Assembly: GCA_964016885.1 (NCBI GenBank)
Contig: OZ024751.1
Coordinates: 38,192,001 to 38,256,000, forward strand
From: Eledone cirrhosa
Lineage: Eukaryota
Direction: 5' to 3'
Length of the DNA stretch: 64,000 bases
Below are positions 46,858 through 61,795 of the stretch, one piece after another (within the stretch, counting starts at the first letter, position 1; each line of letters opens with the position of its first letter). The translations under genes were made by a program, and so were the position numbers. The notes below the pieces were generated by a model. It worked only from the letters and a program-made list of their open reading frames with translations, was not told the origin of the DNA and ran no database searches.

Positions 46858-46950
46858 ATATATGATATATATATATGCTCATATGCATACACATACACAC
46901 ACATACAATACACACAGACTCACACACGCGTGTGTATGCGTGTATGTATA

Positions 46951-47005
46951 GATGATCCCACTTACGGTAAAAACAGATTCTTTTTGCTTAAACTTTTAAT
47001 CTGTA
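46951..47005 (+). mobile_element. Decayed family D / HHR remnant
   Basis: GATGATCCC..GGTAAAAACAGATTCTTTTTGCTTAAACTTTTAATCTGT aligns with 28146-28198. Confidence 0.5.
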
Positions 47006-47165
47006 CTAATAATACACAAAGTTTATTAGCGCTAAATTAGCTGATATTGACACGTAGGTTCAATTTATTCTTGCGACGTCTTCTTTAGTACTTCACTCTA
47101 TACTATAGAGGCAGAAGCGTTGTCATCAAGGAGGTGGTGCTACTGTTATGCGTCGTTTATTATTA

Positions 47166-47365
47166 GGGCGGTGGATTGGCAGTATCGGTAGAGGATCGGA
47201 CGCCATGCTTTCCAGCATAGTTACGTCCCTTTGCGGTCTGAGTTCAAATTCCGCCGAGGTTAACTATGCCTTTCATCCTTACGGGGTCGATAAAATAAAG
47301 TACCAATAATACACTGGGTAATTGCTGGTCTTGTGCCTAAAGTAGAAACAATTATTAGTATTATT
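47166..47365 (+). mobile_element. Full-length tRNA-derived SINE (main family)
   Basis: Begins GGGCGGTGGATTGGCAG, ends in ATT repeats. Confidence 0.88.
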
Positions 47366-47489
47366 TCTATTACGAAATGCCGAATAATATTTGCTGTTAT
47401 GGAATAACTGACATAATTATATAACTATATTATGGGCTATGTTTAAATATCAGCGATATTCTCCATCATATACACACAAACGCAATTTA

Positions 47490-47847
47490 TATATACACAC
47501 CTAACATTATACACACACGCAAACGCAGAGACAGAGGCAAGAAGAAATAAATGAATTAATAAAAATAAAAATGGCGTAGACATTAAGATACTATACAATA
47601 CAATAGGAGGAAACATAATAGTATAACTGATGATGTTGCACATGTGCAACGAAAGAACTTTGATAGACTATATATATATATTTATATCCTTATTTTTAAC
47701 CGTTAGTCAATCAATGATAAACGCTGATTACCAAATTAATTAAGTATGGAGATATAAAAGATACAGAAGCGAAAACAAACCGAACAGTGGGTGTGTTCTG
47801 TTATTATTTATGGCAATATTACAACAACATGACCCTAGTATAACAAT
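47490..47847 (+). mobile_element. PLE pseudo-LTR fragment (family B, diverged) with HHR at 47622-47665
   Basis: TATAA-CTGATGA-T-GTTGCA catg TGCAAC-GAAA-GAAC-TT-TGATA; homologous to about 12320-12697. Confidence 0.75.
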
Positions 47848-47860
47848 ATATATATATATA

Positions 47861-48080
47861 GTAATAATAATAAATTTGAAGACTAAAATCCAAAGAGGGC
47901 TCGATAAGGATAAATATATATCAAATATATAAGAACCGTATTGCAAATATTTATTAAAATAACAGATTAAAGTTTAAGCAAAGAATCGCTGTTTTCACCC
48001 TTAACGGGATCTTCTGACTTTCAGAAGATCCCGTTAAGAGTGAAAACAGCGATTCTTTGCTGAAACTTTAATCTGTTATG

Positions 48081-48086
<6 letters not shown>
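47861..48086. mobile_element. Palindromic PLE terminal element (family D, second copy)
   Basis: Arms 47952-48017 / 48021-48086; same outer ends as 27989-28208. Confidence 0.75.
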
Positions 48087-48120
<34 letters not shown>

Positions 48121-48243
48121 GGAGGTGAGTTTTATTGTAGTACAATAAAGCAATGCAGATATCGGATAAGAAGCACTCTACAGTTTGTGGGACTGGAGTA
48201 TGCATAATATAAGATCAAAAGATGGTTAAAGGAGTTCAATATA

Positions 48244-48310
48244 TTTTATTATGCGCATTTCAAAAACAAACATCATCAAACAATAATATTTGTGTTTTCA
48301 TCAGATAAAA
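48244..48310 (-). ncRNA. Type I hammerhead ribozyme
   Basis: Reverse complement of 50010-50076; sense to the ORF. Confidence 0.85.
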
Positions 48311-49499
48311 CAGGAGAACATGATATGAAGGCTAAAAAAACACTTGTTGATAGTGCAGTTTTAAATCAACATATGAAAAGTGGTTTTAGATTGATGTGTG
48401 ATATTGGGAAAAATATTTTATTTAGAGAGGGTGATAGAGAGAAAGAGATAGTTTTTATAACAGAGAGGAGATATATTTTATATAGAGGGGTTGAAAACCG
48501 TTGGAAGATACTGTATAAATTAAAAATTTTGAAAATTAACGAAGGGAGGATATGTGCGAGGAAAAAATATATTATTTTTAGGGAGGGGTGGGGGTGGAAA
48601 GGATGAAAAAAAGGGGAGGAGATGAGAGTGAAGGTGGAAAGGGAGAGATGGGTGATAGAGAGAAAGAGATAGTTTTTATAACTGAGAAAAAGATATAATG
48701 TTTTAATATAGAGAGGTTGGGAACCGTTGGAAGATAATGTATAAATTAAAGGAATTTGAAAATTAACGAAGGGAAATTATGTATGGAGATAGAGAGAAAA
48801 AAATAACGAAGGGAGATTATGTATGGAGATAGAGAGAAAAAAAAATAATAATTGTGGGTGAATATTCAAAAGGAGAAATGTAGGAATTTTAAAATTAGCA
48901 AAGAGAAAAAGTTTATGTATAGGATTTGAGAAAAATAATGTGAAGTTAGAGTTTTTATATTGAATTCATATGTATTAATAATGAGTTCGTTGATGGGGAG
49001 AAAAATAATAATAAATTAAGGATGAAATTGAGATTAAAAAGATTTATGATAGAGAGAAAAAATAATAATGATTGCGGATGAATACTCAAAATGTCAAAAA
49101 CAAATGTTATTGTTTTACGAGGAGATATAATGAGGGTGATGAGTAAACGGGTATTATAGAGTGTATAATGCCCTTTAAAGTAAGGTAGATGGGTATATTT
49201 TAAAGAATATATGAGTATATATTAAAAAAAAAAAAATATATAATAATAAATTAAGGATGAAATTGAGATTAAAAAGATTTATGATAGAGGGAAAAAAAAA
49301 TAATAATGATTGCGGATGAATATTCAAAATGTCAAAAACAAATGTTATTGTTTTACGAGAAGATAAGATGAGGTAAATGAGTAAACGAGTACTATAGAGT
49401 GTATAATGCCCTTTAAAGTAAGGTAGATGGGTATATTTTAAAGAGGTGTATGTATATGTGCCTTTGAGAAAAGATTCTAAATTGATAAAGAATTGAATA

Positions 49500-49867
49500 T
49501 TAACTGTATACTTTGTGAAAAGTTCTATGGAATTTATGCAGGCAGATGGAAAACAAATCCGAGCGTCTATTTATTATGGATTCTAGGTTAGAGATAATGG
49601 TAAATTTTTCATTTAGGCAGAGATTACAGATTTTAGATAGAGAACTGTTCAAGTACGAGGATGCAGAAGAAATCTTTTTCCAAAAGATGTTATATTTAAT
49701 GTTTTTGTCTTTTAAGGACCATATGAGTTCTGAGAGAGCAGTGTTAGTTCTTTTAAGTTTGTATTTGAAAGATGAATGATGATTATAGAGACGAGCTTTA
49801 AAAGAGGTGGAAGTGGAGCCAAAATAGGTGAAGGAGTTGGTGCTAGTTATAATTTTACATTCATAAA
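49500..49867 (-). CDS. GIY-YIG endonuclease C-terminal fragment of a PLE
   Basis: IYECKI..YFGSTSTSFKARLYNH..SF..TALSELIW.LK..CNLCLNEK..INRRSDLFSICLH; upstream residues in the track derive from the inverted arm. Confidence 0.8.
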
Positions 49868-50009
49868 TTTTCATCCTTTTCTCTCCCCCCCTCTCTAAAT
49901 AAAATATTTTTCCCAATATCACACATCAATCTAAAACCACTTTTCATATGTTGATTTAAAACTGCACTATCAACAAGTGTTTTTTTAGCCTTCATATCAT
50001 GTTCTCCTG

Positions 50010-50076
50010 TTTTATCTGATGAAAACACAAATATTATTGTTTGATGATGTTTGTTTTTGAAATGCGCATAATAAAA
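50010..50076 (+). ncRNA. Type I hammerhead ribozyme
   Basis: TTTTAT-CTGATGA-AAAcaCAAATATTATT gttt GATGATGTTTGTTTTT-GAAA-TGCGCA-TA-ATAAAA; palindromic stem III ATGCGCAT; predicted cut after 50070. Confidence 0.85.
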
Positions 50077-51458
50077 TATATTGAACTCCTTTAACCATCT
50101 TTTGATCTTATATTATATATATATATATATATATATGTGTGTATATATTTATTAAAATAATATATGTATCAAGGCTCTGATACCATCAACACTATACACA
50201 CAGAGCTGGCATATCTAAGAACTGACTAACTGCCTGATAAGGTCATAGCCATTCAATATATATATATCATCGATATATATATAGCAGTAAATAAAGGATT
50301 ATGAGTTCATGCAATTGACTTATGTTTCGTCACTATATATATATATATATATATATTCAGAAATGCGCTAACACATTGTGTGTAACCGATACTGTAACAA
50401 TGTAAATATATATAAATATACACAGGCTTAATATGTAGACATGTATAAATGCCAGAATTACGCTCTCAACACAAATAATGATAAACCCCTTTAATTCTTA
50501 CAGTCTCCATTAAACACACTGTATTTTATACGCAATCATTTCATAGACTTCGGTAAGTAGCAAATTAGTATGTCTATATCAGAGAATTATTAAGAATGAT
50601 TTGGTATATATTCTCATCCAATACAGGTTCCATGTGGTTGATGGAGAAACGGTGAAAATCAAATGAAGCATCTTACAAACGGTATAAACATATGTAGTGT
50701 CTCAGCAGCTGGCAATTATGGTTGTTTCATGTTAATATCCTTATGTGATCGCCTGACAATCTAGAGTTCTTTGCCTCTATAACTCTCGTATAAACAGTCC
50801 TTCTTCAAACCATATGTTAATTCTTTTATTGTTTCTATCTTACCTTCGACTTCTCTCTATATATTTTCAGTGTGATGTCGACCATACGAACAAACGCACA
50901 TCATGTTATATATTAGAGGTCATTATTATTGCCACACAGGCGACGAGTGTCTCATCAATCGCACATCTGGATTGAATTGAATAAAAGTCAACGTCTCTTT
51001 ACAGATGTATGTGTTTGTATATGTGTGTGTTTGTATGTATGTTTGTATATCTGTGTGTGTGTGTGTGCATCGTCTTGTGGCAAAGTAAGAACATATTCTT
51101 ATTGATATCATCATCACCATCATAAACCTCCTGAATATCATCATCATCATCATCATCAACATCACAAAAAAATAATAATCGAATCAAACTGGCATTGTAA
51201 AGTTATGGAAACTTGAAAAATGATGTTACATATATATCAAAGATAAACATTCATAGGAAGACAGTTAATAAGTATAAATCACAACATACAAATATAGGCT
51301 AGCTAACTTATATATATTCCTGACATGTTATACGAAATTATATTAAAAACTAATTTAGCACGTATAAGTGAATTTCCATTGGAGAAAAATAATGAAAAGT
51401 AGCAGAGAGAAAATAAATAAGAAAAAGCAAAAACAAACAATAATTACAAAACTATATA

Positions 51459-51520
<62 letters not shown>

Positions 51521-53189
51521 CTGTGTGTGTATGTGTGAGAGAGAGGGGGGGGGGGTGAACACTTAAACACTTGTCTAAAATATAGTTTCCCCGAAATTCT
51601 AATTAGAAATATCAACATAAGGAAATTACATTTTTCTCGTCTTTTTTATTATCATCCACTTCATTATTATTATTATTATTATTAATACTTGAGTTGTTTT
51701 ATTGTTATTGTTGTTGTTTCCATTTCTTATATAAAGAAATGTGCTGTTTTTGGAAAAGATATGGTAGCAATAAATAACCATGATATTCAATATTCATCCA
51801 TTCCAAGAGCTGATACATTTATAAGCAGACATGAGTTAGGAATAAAACACGAATATAACTTTGAAACAACGCCAACATCAACAGCAGCAGTCCACTCCTT
51901 TATTGCCACCCCTTCTCACCCTCACCTCTTTCCCACTGCTTATCAAATATAATATAATGTAATGTATTGTATGTAAGGCTATTGCAAATCTAGAACACAT
52001 TCACCTCATACATAGATTTATAATTTACCAACAAGGGACAGGTACATCTGAAGTATTTTCGTCTTCATATTCATTTCCAATCATTAATTTAGAATAATGC
52101 TGTAACAAAACTAATGTAGTTTTATATAAAAATATATAAATAGATTTCCGTCTTTGCATATCTCTCCATATTGTATTTTTTATCTGTAGGAGTTATATTT
52201 AATGTCACGAAAGTCCATGTCTACCTATCTGTCTACTGTCTGCCTCTGTCTGTCTGTTTCTCTATTATTGTTTCTGTCTACTTGTCTGTCTACCTATCTG
52301 TCTGACTATAATCATACATTCCAATTTAACGCTTACAGCCAGGCAATGTGTCTATTTTTCATATTTTCCACACTATGTATGTCAAATCTTTCATATGTAT
52401 TGTTTTGTCTTTAAGGAATCCGCTTTACAATCATTATTCTTGTTCTGTATGTGAGTGTTTCAATTTGTGTCTTAGCCTGTATTTATGTCCCTTAGATAAA
52501 CGATAAAAAAAAATGAAATCGATGACACACGTACAGGACTTTAAAAATATAATTACTAGATTAGATATGACAGACTAAATCCCTTTAAGGAGGTATCTCG
52601 GCTTTGCCGAAATCTAATGGTTGGAACTAATAAATGTATAACAGTAAATGAGTGTAATGTATTTTCTGAACAAAGAGCCCTCGTGTTTCTAATAAATCAA
52701 TCAGAAGGTCAACGTATTTCTAATGTTGAAAGTTAAGATAACATGTATATAGTTTCAAATTTGTGATACATTATAATTGTTTCTATGTTTGACACACATT
52801 CAGGAATCTAGAACATATCAAACCCAGTACTTGGTTGGCAATTTAATTCATCATCATCAGAATAAAGAAGGGCAAAGATGACCCTAGCATGTTTATAAAT
52901 CAGATTTTAAAATAAAGGAGAAAATGAGGCAAATCATTATACACGATGCTCTACAAATTCTGGCAATCCACTGCCTTTAAAACATTGATTTCTACTTTAG
53001 GCACAATCCCGGCAAATTTGGAAAGTGGGAAACATTGAATTAGTCAGCCCCAATACTCGATTGGTTCTTTATATTTTCTGCAGCGGAAGAATGAAAGACA
53101 AAGTTGAATCGGGTAAGATTTAAACACAACTTACCATACCATTGCTAGATGTTACAATACATTTTCTCCAAAGATTACACGATTCTACT

Positions 53190-53356
53190 AATAATTGTTT
53201 CTACTATTGGCACAAGGCCAGCGATTATCCCAGTGTATTACTGGTACTTTATTTTATAGACTCAGTACGGATGAAAGGCAAAGGTAACCTCGGCCGTAAC
53301 TCTTTGCTGCAAATCATGACGTCCGACACTCTACCGCTACTGCCAATCCACCGCCC
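53190..53356 (-). mobile_element. tRNA-derived SINE with B-box region deleted
   Basis: Main-family ends; the GAGTTCAAATCC segment is missing; older decayed relatives at about 52775-53130. Confidence 0.8.
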
Positions 53357-53568
53357 TTAATTATTGGGGACATGTATGTATATATATATTTACAAACTCA
53401 CACACACACATTATATATATATATAACCTGACTCTGAAATCGCAAGATCCTCGGATACGTCTCGATTCTACGAACCAGGGTTTCCAATGTGACATCATAC
53501 TCTGCTCTGTAAGAGCATCGAGTACTCAAACGGCATACCGCTTACGGACGCTTTAAGCATCCCACACC

Positions 53569-53604
<36 letters not shown>

Positions 53605-53901
53605 ATGCATAATTATGATGATTTAAACAGATCTTTTTAACCACTTGCCATAAATATACATACGTATGTCAGTGAGTGTGAATTTGTTTGTGATGGAATG
53701 ATGATGGAATATACAGAATTTGAACGAAAACATTTGTTTATGTACGTTATCATTTAAATATTTTCATTTGTTTTCTATCGTATAAAGTCTTATTTTATTT
53801 CATTTTTTCTGGCAAAGTGCATCGCTAGCGCTTTAATTTATAACTATAGTTTGTAAAAATATCGGTTATAAATCATTACACAATTTCTTTTTCTTTCCAA
53901 A

Positions 53902-54010
53902 TGTATATATATATATATAAATATATATATATAAATATATAAATATATATAAATATATATATATAAATATATATAAATATATATATATAAATATATATAA
54001 ATATATATAT

Positions 54011-54065
<55 letters not shown>

Positions 54066-54108
54066 AATATAAATATATATATAAATATAAATATATATAT
54101 AAATATAA

Positions 54109-54139
<31 letters not shown>

Positions 54140-54318
54140 AATATATAAATATATATATATAAATATAAATATATAAATATATATATATAAATATAAATAT
54201 ATATATATAAATATAAATATATAAATAAAATATATATATAAAAATAAAATATATATATATATAAATAAAATATATATATATATACATAAATATATATATA
54301 AATATATATATATATATA
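53902..54318. repeat. (TA)n/TATAAA microsatellite
   Basis: Direct reading. Confidence 0.95.
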
Positions 54319-57300
54319 AGCATATGTATACAAACATATATATATTAATATATATGTACACACAGACACACATTTAATATATATATACATGCATGTACAG
54401 TCATATTTTAAGGCATGATAGTTAAGTATGTGTAACCAGTTAAATATGCATGTTTGTGTGTATATATATATATATATACATATACACACACTCACATATA
54501 TATACACACACATATATATATATATACATTCATATATATGTATACACCAACGTCCACGTACACACCAACGTCCACGTACACACATGCGTAGCATCGTACA
54601 CAAATAAAAACACTAATTTTACACGTATTTCGCCTCCATAAAAAGAAATTGGAAAATAGATATTAATGTTTTGTACAAATATGCACACATATTTATGCGT
54701 GCGATATTTCTTCACTACGTGATTCAAATATATATTACTTTGCGGTCAAAGATTGTTCTATAATTTTATTAAATATTAATACATATTTTTTTATAGATGG
54801 TGTGCGAGTGCGGTTTAAAACATTATGCATGTGAAATATACAACGAAGTCTGTGATAAAGCATATTCTGGAAAATATTTCGTTTTGTATGTTCTTACAAT
54901 TTTTTATCGACCCGGATAAAAGTCGGAACAATATGTATGATATACCAGAGATTTATATATAACAAAAAAGGCATTACTGTCACGTTTACCGTTTACAATT
55001 CCCTCGTTATTTGGTCATTAAATAAATTTGCAAATGACCAGAATTAAAAGAATTTATATTCGTCACTGCTATATATAATTTATTGGGTTGATATCCTTTG
55101 CATTTTTAAAATTATTGGACAGCAAGCTTGCTAAATCTACTCGGCATTTCATGGTTCATTAGGGTATACAAAATACTCTAATTTGCTTTAATATGTTATC
55201 AGATATATAAAAATCAGTGGTCTATATACACAGTTCAAGAATATGATAAAGAATTATAAAGTTGAGACAAAGGAAACAATGTTTCTATTACCGTTTCCAT
55301 TGTAGATTCTATCTAACGATCATCATTCCTGGCAGAAAGGGACAGGATTTGAAATGAGAGTGCAGCGAGACAGATAATGTAGAGCGAACACTCTAGTCCG
55401 TGTCTTTAAGAATTTCGCTACCTCATCGCTTCTTCACTGATGCTTTATTTATCGATCACAAGAAAATCCCTCAGCGGGATTTGAAATCAAAGACAGTGAG
55501 ACATTTAATCTGATGCTCTAGCTTCAAGTAAAAAAATATTGAAACTTGTTTACATCTACTTTTCTCCCGTCTATTGTTAAGTAAGTTACGAAATACAAAC
55601 ATTAGTTCCTTGAGAATTTCAATAGAGAAAAAAGTTGAATTATTTCTTGCTAATCTGAATTCTACAACGAGCAAGATTTATTCCAAGAAATACATATCCA
55701 CGGTGTTAATGTAGCAAGGGTAAACACGAAAATCTAATTAGTTTCAAAAAAGTTTGTAGCCAGAATCGACCAAATCAACTTTTGATAACCAAATACACAT
55801 TTCTAATTAAGTTTCAATTTTTTGTTGTTGTTTTTTTTTTACTGGCAGGAAGACGTGAAAAAATAAAGCTTAATTTTAATGATCAATACTAAGTTGTCAA
55901 CCTATATATCTCGTTTCAGAAATTCAAGAGAAATGTTTAAACGTGCTCTAAAAAAAATAAATTCCTACCATTTTTTTTTGCTACGCTTAAAAAGATATTT
56001 TTTTCTCCTAATAAAATGTATCGATCACCAAATGCAATTTGATAGCACAAAGGTATGTTTTTTTTTTAAATTTAGTTTGGTGTCTTCTAGGTTTTTATGG
56101 TGTTATTACTTGTTCATTCCATATGTGTTAAAATTGAAATTCTGCGTTTGAAAATATTCAGAGAATCATTGAAACTGATATAGGAGAGAGAACCAGTGAG
56201 AAGAATTCCAAAAGTGATATGGACTGTGTAATAAATATCCAGAATTATAACGCAATACACTTCAGTAGAATAAAAAAAAAAACGAAACGAAACAAACACA
56301 AAATGTTTATACGCATATGTTTATACGCATACATATGCTTATACGCATATATGCCCTACAGTCTATCACTAGCAAACATGACAACCTTTTTAGTTTTTCA
56401 ACCATCATTGTTCCAGGCATCCATTTTAATATGTGTGTGTACATAGATATGTTTTGCTAGGATTTCTTTTTTTATTATTTTAGTTTAGCGTTGCTAGATT
56501 TTACATGTTACTATGGATACTGTCTTTTGGTGCCATGTGATTTTCAATGAATAAAAGCACACTCTCTTAAAAAAAAAACAGACACAGCAAGGTGTGTGAG
56601 AGTCGTAATCCCTTTAGTGACTGGACAAAAGTTGCTTGTGAGTGAAATAATATATTCTTCTCCGAACATAAGATAGACGGATTTGTGAGGCATGTATTCT
56701 TTAAAGAGACGGAACTCCACTTCTTGGTTAGCAAATCATTTGGACAAATATATATATAATCTAATCTGCTATGGTAACGAAACGATAAGATTATAATTAC
56801 TTCTACTTTTTACCTAAATTATAGTTCAACCGCTGTCGGATGTTTAAACTACATTGTTAAGAAATATAGGTGAATACGAAGATGAGTATCTATACGCATA
56901 TGCAAAACAATTTATATATGTTTACCTGCAGAATGAATGCTCATTTACATGTGCCTCGGATCACTATATATTACACTTTATTAGCATCTTGCAATGAAAT
57001 ATCGGCCACATTGCATCGATGTTGCAAAATAGATTTTATTGATTTGTATTAATAAATATATATATATATATATTTGCGCGCCCGTGGCGTGCGTGCGTGC
57101 GTGTGTGCGTGTAAGTATAAGCTCGCGCACACAAATATCTATAATATATATGTGTCTGTTTATGCATAAGTCTTAATGATAATAACATGGTTCGCATGTT
57201 CTCCAAAATTAATTATACAGTGTTAAACGGGAATATATACTATTGATGTATTACATGTGTAAACAGAGGGCGTTTAAGGAATTTAAAGGCAAAAATATTT

Positions 57301-58104
57301 CATATGAATTTATACAACTTCATTATGTTATAGGATATGTCGTATCGCATTGTAAATTCCGGATTGTATTTGGGCATCCGATCTGAGTTCAATACCAATC
57401 AACTTCAATACAGAACTCTTTCAAAGAATTCCTATCAATCGATACAAATTCTGCCCACACAAACATTCCTTCGGTTTCTAATCTATTTCAGCAGAATTCT
57501 TGTTTGCAGTAGGCGTTATTCGTTATTCGGAGTGGTGTGTACAGAACTGTACTATTAATTCATCTTGGCTTCAGTTTTGTGCATAATTAAGAAAAATATG
57601 TATTACACACATGATCAATATGTTTCCTTGATCTATATAGTATTCATTAGACTGATTCATGATTCTATGTAATTATAGCTTTCCCTTTGATGTTGTGTTT
57701 GGATCATCCAAGCAAAGCGGAACGTGCTAGTTTTCGCTTAGTCGGGAGTCGGGGACAAAGAACAATATATAGTCGTCTTTAAAAATTGTTGTGGAAATAA
57801 ATGAATAGACGAACAAGCTAATCAATGTAACAATCAATTATGAAATAACAAAGAACTTTTACCCTAAGCTAGTAAGCACTTGAGAAGGAAGAATAGATGC
57901 CACTATTTCTAGGACATAAAGGCGGATGAAAGAGGAGCACTTACCTTGTCGATACGGTTACAAAATTCATGCTCGAACTAACAACGTTTTTCATAGGGCT
58001 TATAGATTTTCATCACCGGTTCAATATAGCTTCATGCTTCCGGCACTGAGTATGCAACCATTATATTTTTGTTATTAAAATCGTTATTATTATTGTTATT
58101 ATTT

Positions 58105-58335
58105 GGGTGGTCGATTGGCAGTATCGGTAGAGTATCGGACACCAAGCTTCGCGGCATAGAATTACATCTTTTTACGTTCTGAATTCAAATCCTGCCGTAG
58201 TTAACTTTGTCTTTCATTCTTACATGGTCGACAATATATAGTACCATTAACATACTGGGATCGATTTAATCGAATTTCTCCCTTCACACTCGAAAGAATT
58301 GTTGGCCTTGTGCCAAAATCACAAGTAATAATTAT
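58105..58335 (+). mobile_element. tRNA-derived SINE, older long form
   Basis: Same layout as 21594-21816. Confidence 0.75.
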
Positions 58336-59101
58336 CATTTTTGGATTTCATATTAGTGAAATATGCAGCATTAGAATGTTGGGTTCGTATCGGACCGTCC
58401 ACAGCACCTATGGGTCTTAGGGTTGTATTTGATTCAGCCACTGGACGCTAGGTATATTTATTTCCCAGCAACATACAGGAAGTAATTCTAAATTTCTTTT
58501 ATATATGTATAACCTCTTGCTGTCTTTGATACCACAAATAAGGAAACACCTTACTTAATAGCTGCTCTATTAGCTTTTATGTTTGTCTATTAGAAGTGGG
58601 ATATGCTACATCACGGTTGTGTTGTTTTTTCTCTAAGACCTCTACTGGATTATAAGTTCCATGAGAGGTGTATCGGTTTATACTTATCCTGAGACCTGTA
58701 CTTCTTTATTAGAGCGGGTTAACATTTCAGAGTACGAAAACCCGAAGTCTAACTAGAAGTTAAACAACAACCACATCAACAACAATGTCAAATATGATGT
58801 GTCTAAATATTATCATAATCGCAATATCAACCGCAAGGCCAAAACATTTATAACACAATAACAATAAATGTGATAATAGTGATAATAAGAACAGAATCAA
58901 CGATGATAATAATAGTAATAATACTATTTATAATAAAAATAACAATAATGAGTTCCGACGAATTGGTTCAGCTCCCAAAATTAATTACATTATATCGGTA
59001 GATTCGACAAGTTTGTAATAATAAGGTGTGAAGTTTAACACACACACACACACACACATATCTATATACGGGCAAGTATATCTATAAAGTATATATATAT
59101 A

Positions 59102-59145
<44 letters not shown>

Positions 59146-60494
59146 CTGTATATATTTATAGATATATATATGTGTGGGTGTAAATATATTTGTATATAAA
59201 CAATTATATATATATATATATATAAGCACGTACTAATACCTATGTGTGAGGTCCATGTATACGTCTATGTGGGTATGTACTAGCTATATATGTATCAATA
59301 TATCTATAGGCAAAGTAATTTTTTCTATATTTTTTCTGTTTATTTAATTTCTTTTCCGTATTTCTTGTGTTTTTGTATTTCATATATAGTTTTTCTCCTC
59401 CTATCAATTGGTGACACATGATTAATAACTGTTGCACACACAGATAAATCGCCCCAGAATTATCTGGCAACTTCACCGAGATGAGAATAATGATAATGAC
59501 AATGAAGCGAAAGATAAATACAAAAATGTTGGTTGGTGTATATGTTAGCATTAGCGTGAGACTATAGGGATAATGGCAGCTCAAGAGACGGGTGCCTAGA
59601 TTTAGTTTGAATACATATATGGATTTCAGTCGCTTTTAAAGAGGAATATTCAGCACTGTGACAGGTTACTGTATCTAGCTGCTGTAATATGTAAAATATT
59701 TAATATTTCTGAAATACTCGTACATAATACTGAACGTGAATCAACATGAACGATGAATGAAAGGGTTGTATATTTAAAATAGATAGACATATATATAGAT
59801 AGAGTAAATATACACACATTGAATTAGAATATAATAAAAGTGTATAATTCCTCCACTAATATTTTACAAACTAATTACAACAATTGTAAAAATAATAATT
59901 TTCATAATGATAATACTAAAATAATTAATATATGAAATACATGCAGACATTTAAGTATTATCCTAAAGAGCTGTATAAACCTTCACCTAGTCATAATAGA
60001 GTTTATGTTATTACGTTATTAGTGTTTGCTTTTCATTTAAAGATTTATCAGTTTTAGGGTAAGTTGTGTGCATGCGTTCATGCATATGTTTATATGCTGT
60101 GAATGCATGTATGGTGTTATAGAGGAGTTGTTTGACTAGATGCTATATATTTTGGTCGATGTATACGATTGTGTAGTTGGCTTGTTCGCTTAATCAATAC
60201 AGCAGAAAACAAATAAACAAATATAACATTATAGGGCTTTATTGTTCGTCCGATCAGATCAATGTTTTACATGCATACATTACATTACATTAGAAGTGAA
60301 GTGGATAGTCGAATCGATTGATTTCCGGACGGAAAGACATGCAGTATTTAGTTAAGTCCTTTTATACTGTGAGTTAAAAGGACGCTGCGTTCGACCCTAC
60401 GTTATCACTAGCCTGGCGTGTAGAACATAAATACTCCGTTGTTCATTACTGGGCTGGGTTAAACCGACTACACTCCTCTCCATACACACATATT

Positions 60495-60552
<58 letters not shown>

Positions 60553-61714
60553 GTATTTATGTATGTATACATAGGTATACATTCAGACGTATACATACAT
60601 AATATATTGATATATATTTGCACTTAGGTGTTTTGAAATTACTTGTGCTTGATGCAAAACTAAGTTTATTGCAATCAAAATTGCTGAGATAACAGAGAAA
60701 ACGTCAGACTGAATTCATATCGCGGACAACTTTGTCCTTTTATTCCTGGTAGTCGATAGAATATATTACTAGTGCCAGGGCGCTATATTGACAAATGTTA
60801 GATTGTTGAAAGTAAATGATACATCTCTGCGGTGTTTAAACAGGCTCTGTGCTACCGAATTGCAAATCACACTTTTCTCTGGCATGATTTGAACTCGGCA
60901 CATGGCATCAGTAATGCAACCCCCAAAGAAGCATTGTTTTCTTTGCTCGATCAAAGAATTGGCCCCATTCCTTTCGTTTTTGGCAATCAAAAACATAGAT
61001 TTCTCATTGCAACTGGATTTTGAACTAGGATTGTATGTATTTTTCCTATATTATTGGAAGAAAGTGTGATATATTATAAGCTTAGACAACAATATTCTAC
61101 GTAGTTTTATTATCAAAACCGAAGAAGTTGCTGCATTACAGAATTATGATATATTCTGTATGGTCTGGAAGATATCCAGAACGCTCATATATCAATGTGG
61201 ACGTAAATAATATTAGATAATGCGGTCTACTTCTTCTATAGTAGCATCGAAGTCTTAATCACCATGGATTTTACATATGAGATAAAATGTGATCTTTATG
61301 CGACACATTGTGTTACTGCATCAGGTAATATATACAATATGTATTCTATCGAAGCAGCGAACAAAAGATTTCAGATGACATAAACAAGAGTAATATCATT
61401 TAAAAATTACAATAGTTTATAAAACTTATAAAACATACTAATGCAAACTACATATGTCCAATATGCTGGTTTGTACAACGTGTCTATTATATGTATATAC
61501 GCATATCTATACACCCAAACTATAATCACCATATCCATGGACATATACACATTATATTCAGGTATATATTCCCAGAAATAGTATATTTATGGACATATAT
61601 GATAATTAAATATATAACATGTAAGATTTAGAATAAAATATATTTTAACAATATGTTTAATTTTGCAGAAGGCTAGTATAAAGAAGACATACACAATCTC
61701 TCTCTCTTTCATTA

Positions 61715-61795
<81 letters not shown>

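Larger units (their letters stand above)
48118..50116 (-). mobile_element. Second PLE type (Hydra-clade-like), truncated, with inverted pseudo-LTR
   Basis: GIY-YIG fragment, about 1.4 kb 3' region with internal duplications, inverted arms 48204-48431 / 49888-50116, HHR in both arms, (TA)n flanks. Confidence 0.8.

Noticed and set aside
48118-50116. Selenoprotein-type (Naiad) PLE with SECIS
   Set aside because: Endonuclease is C-terminal, no in-frame TGA is visible, and the ATGA...TGA hairpin is explained by the HHR.
57935-58050. Possible minus-strand exon with AAG/GTAAGT donor
   Set aside because: Stops in all three frames; no other support.
59440-61023. Short non-repetitive ORFs at 59.4 and 60.8 kb as host exons
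   Set aside because: No recognisable domain or consistent splice structure; cannot be excluded without RNA-seq.
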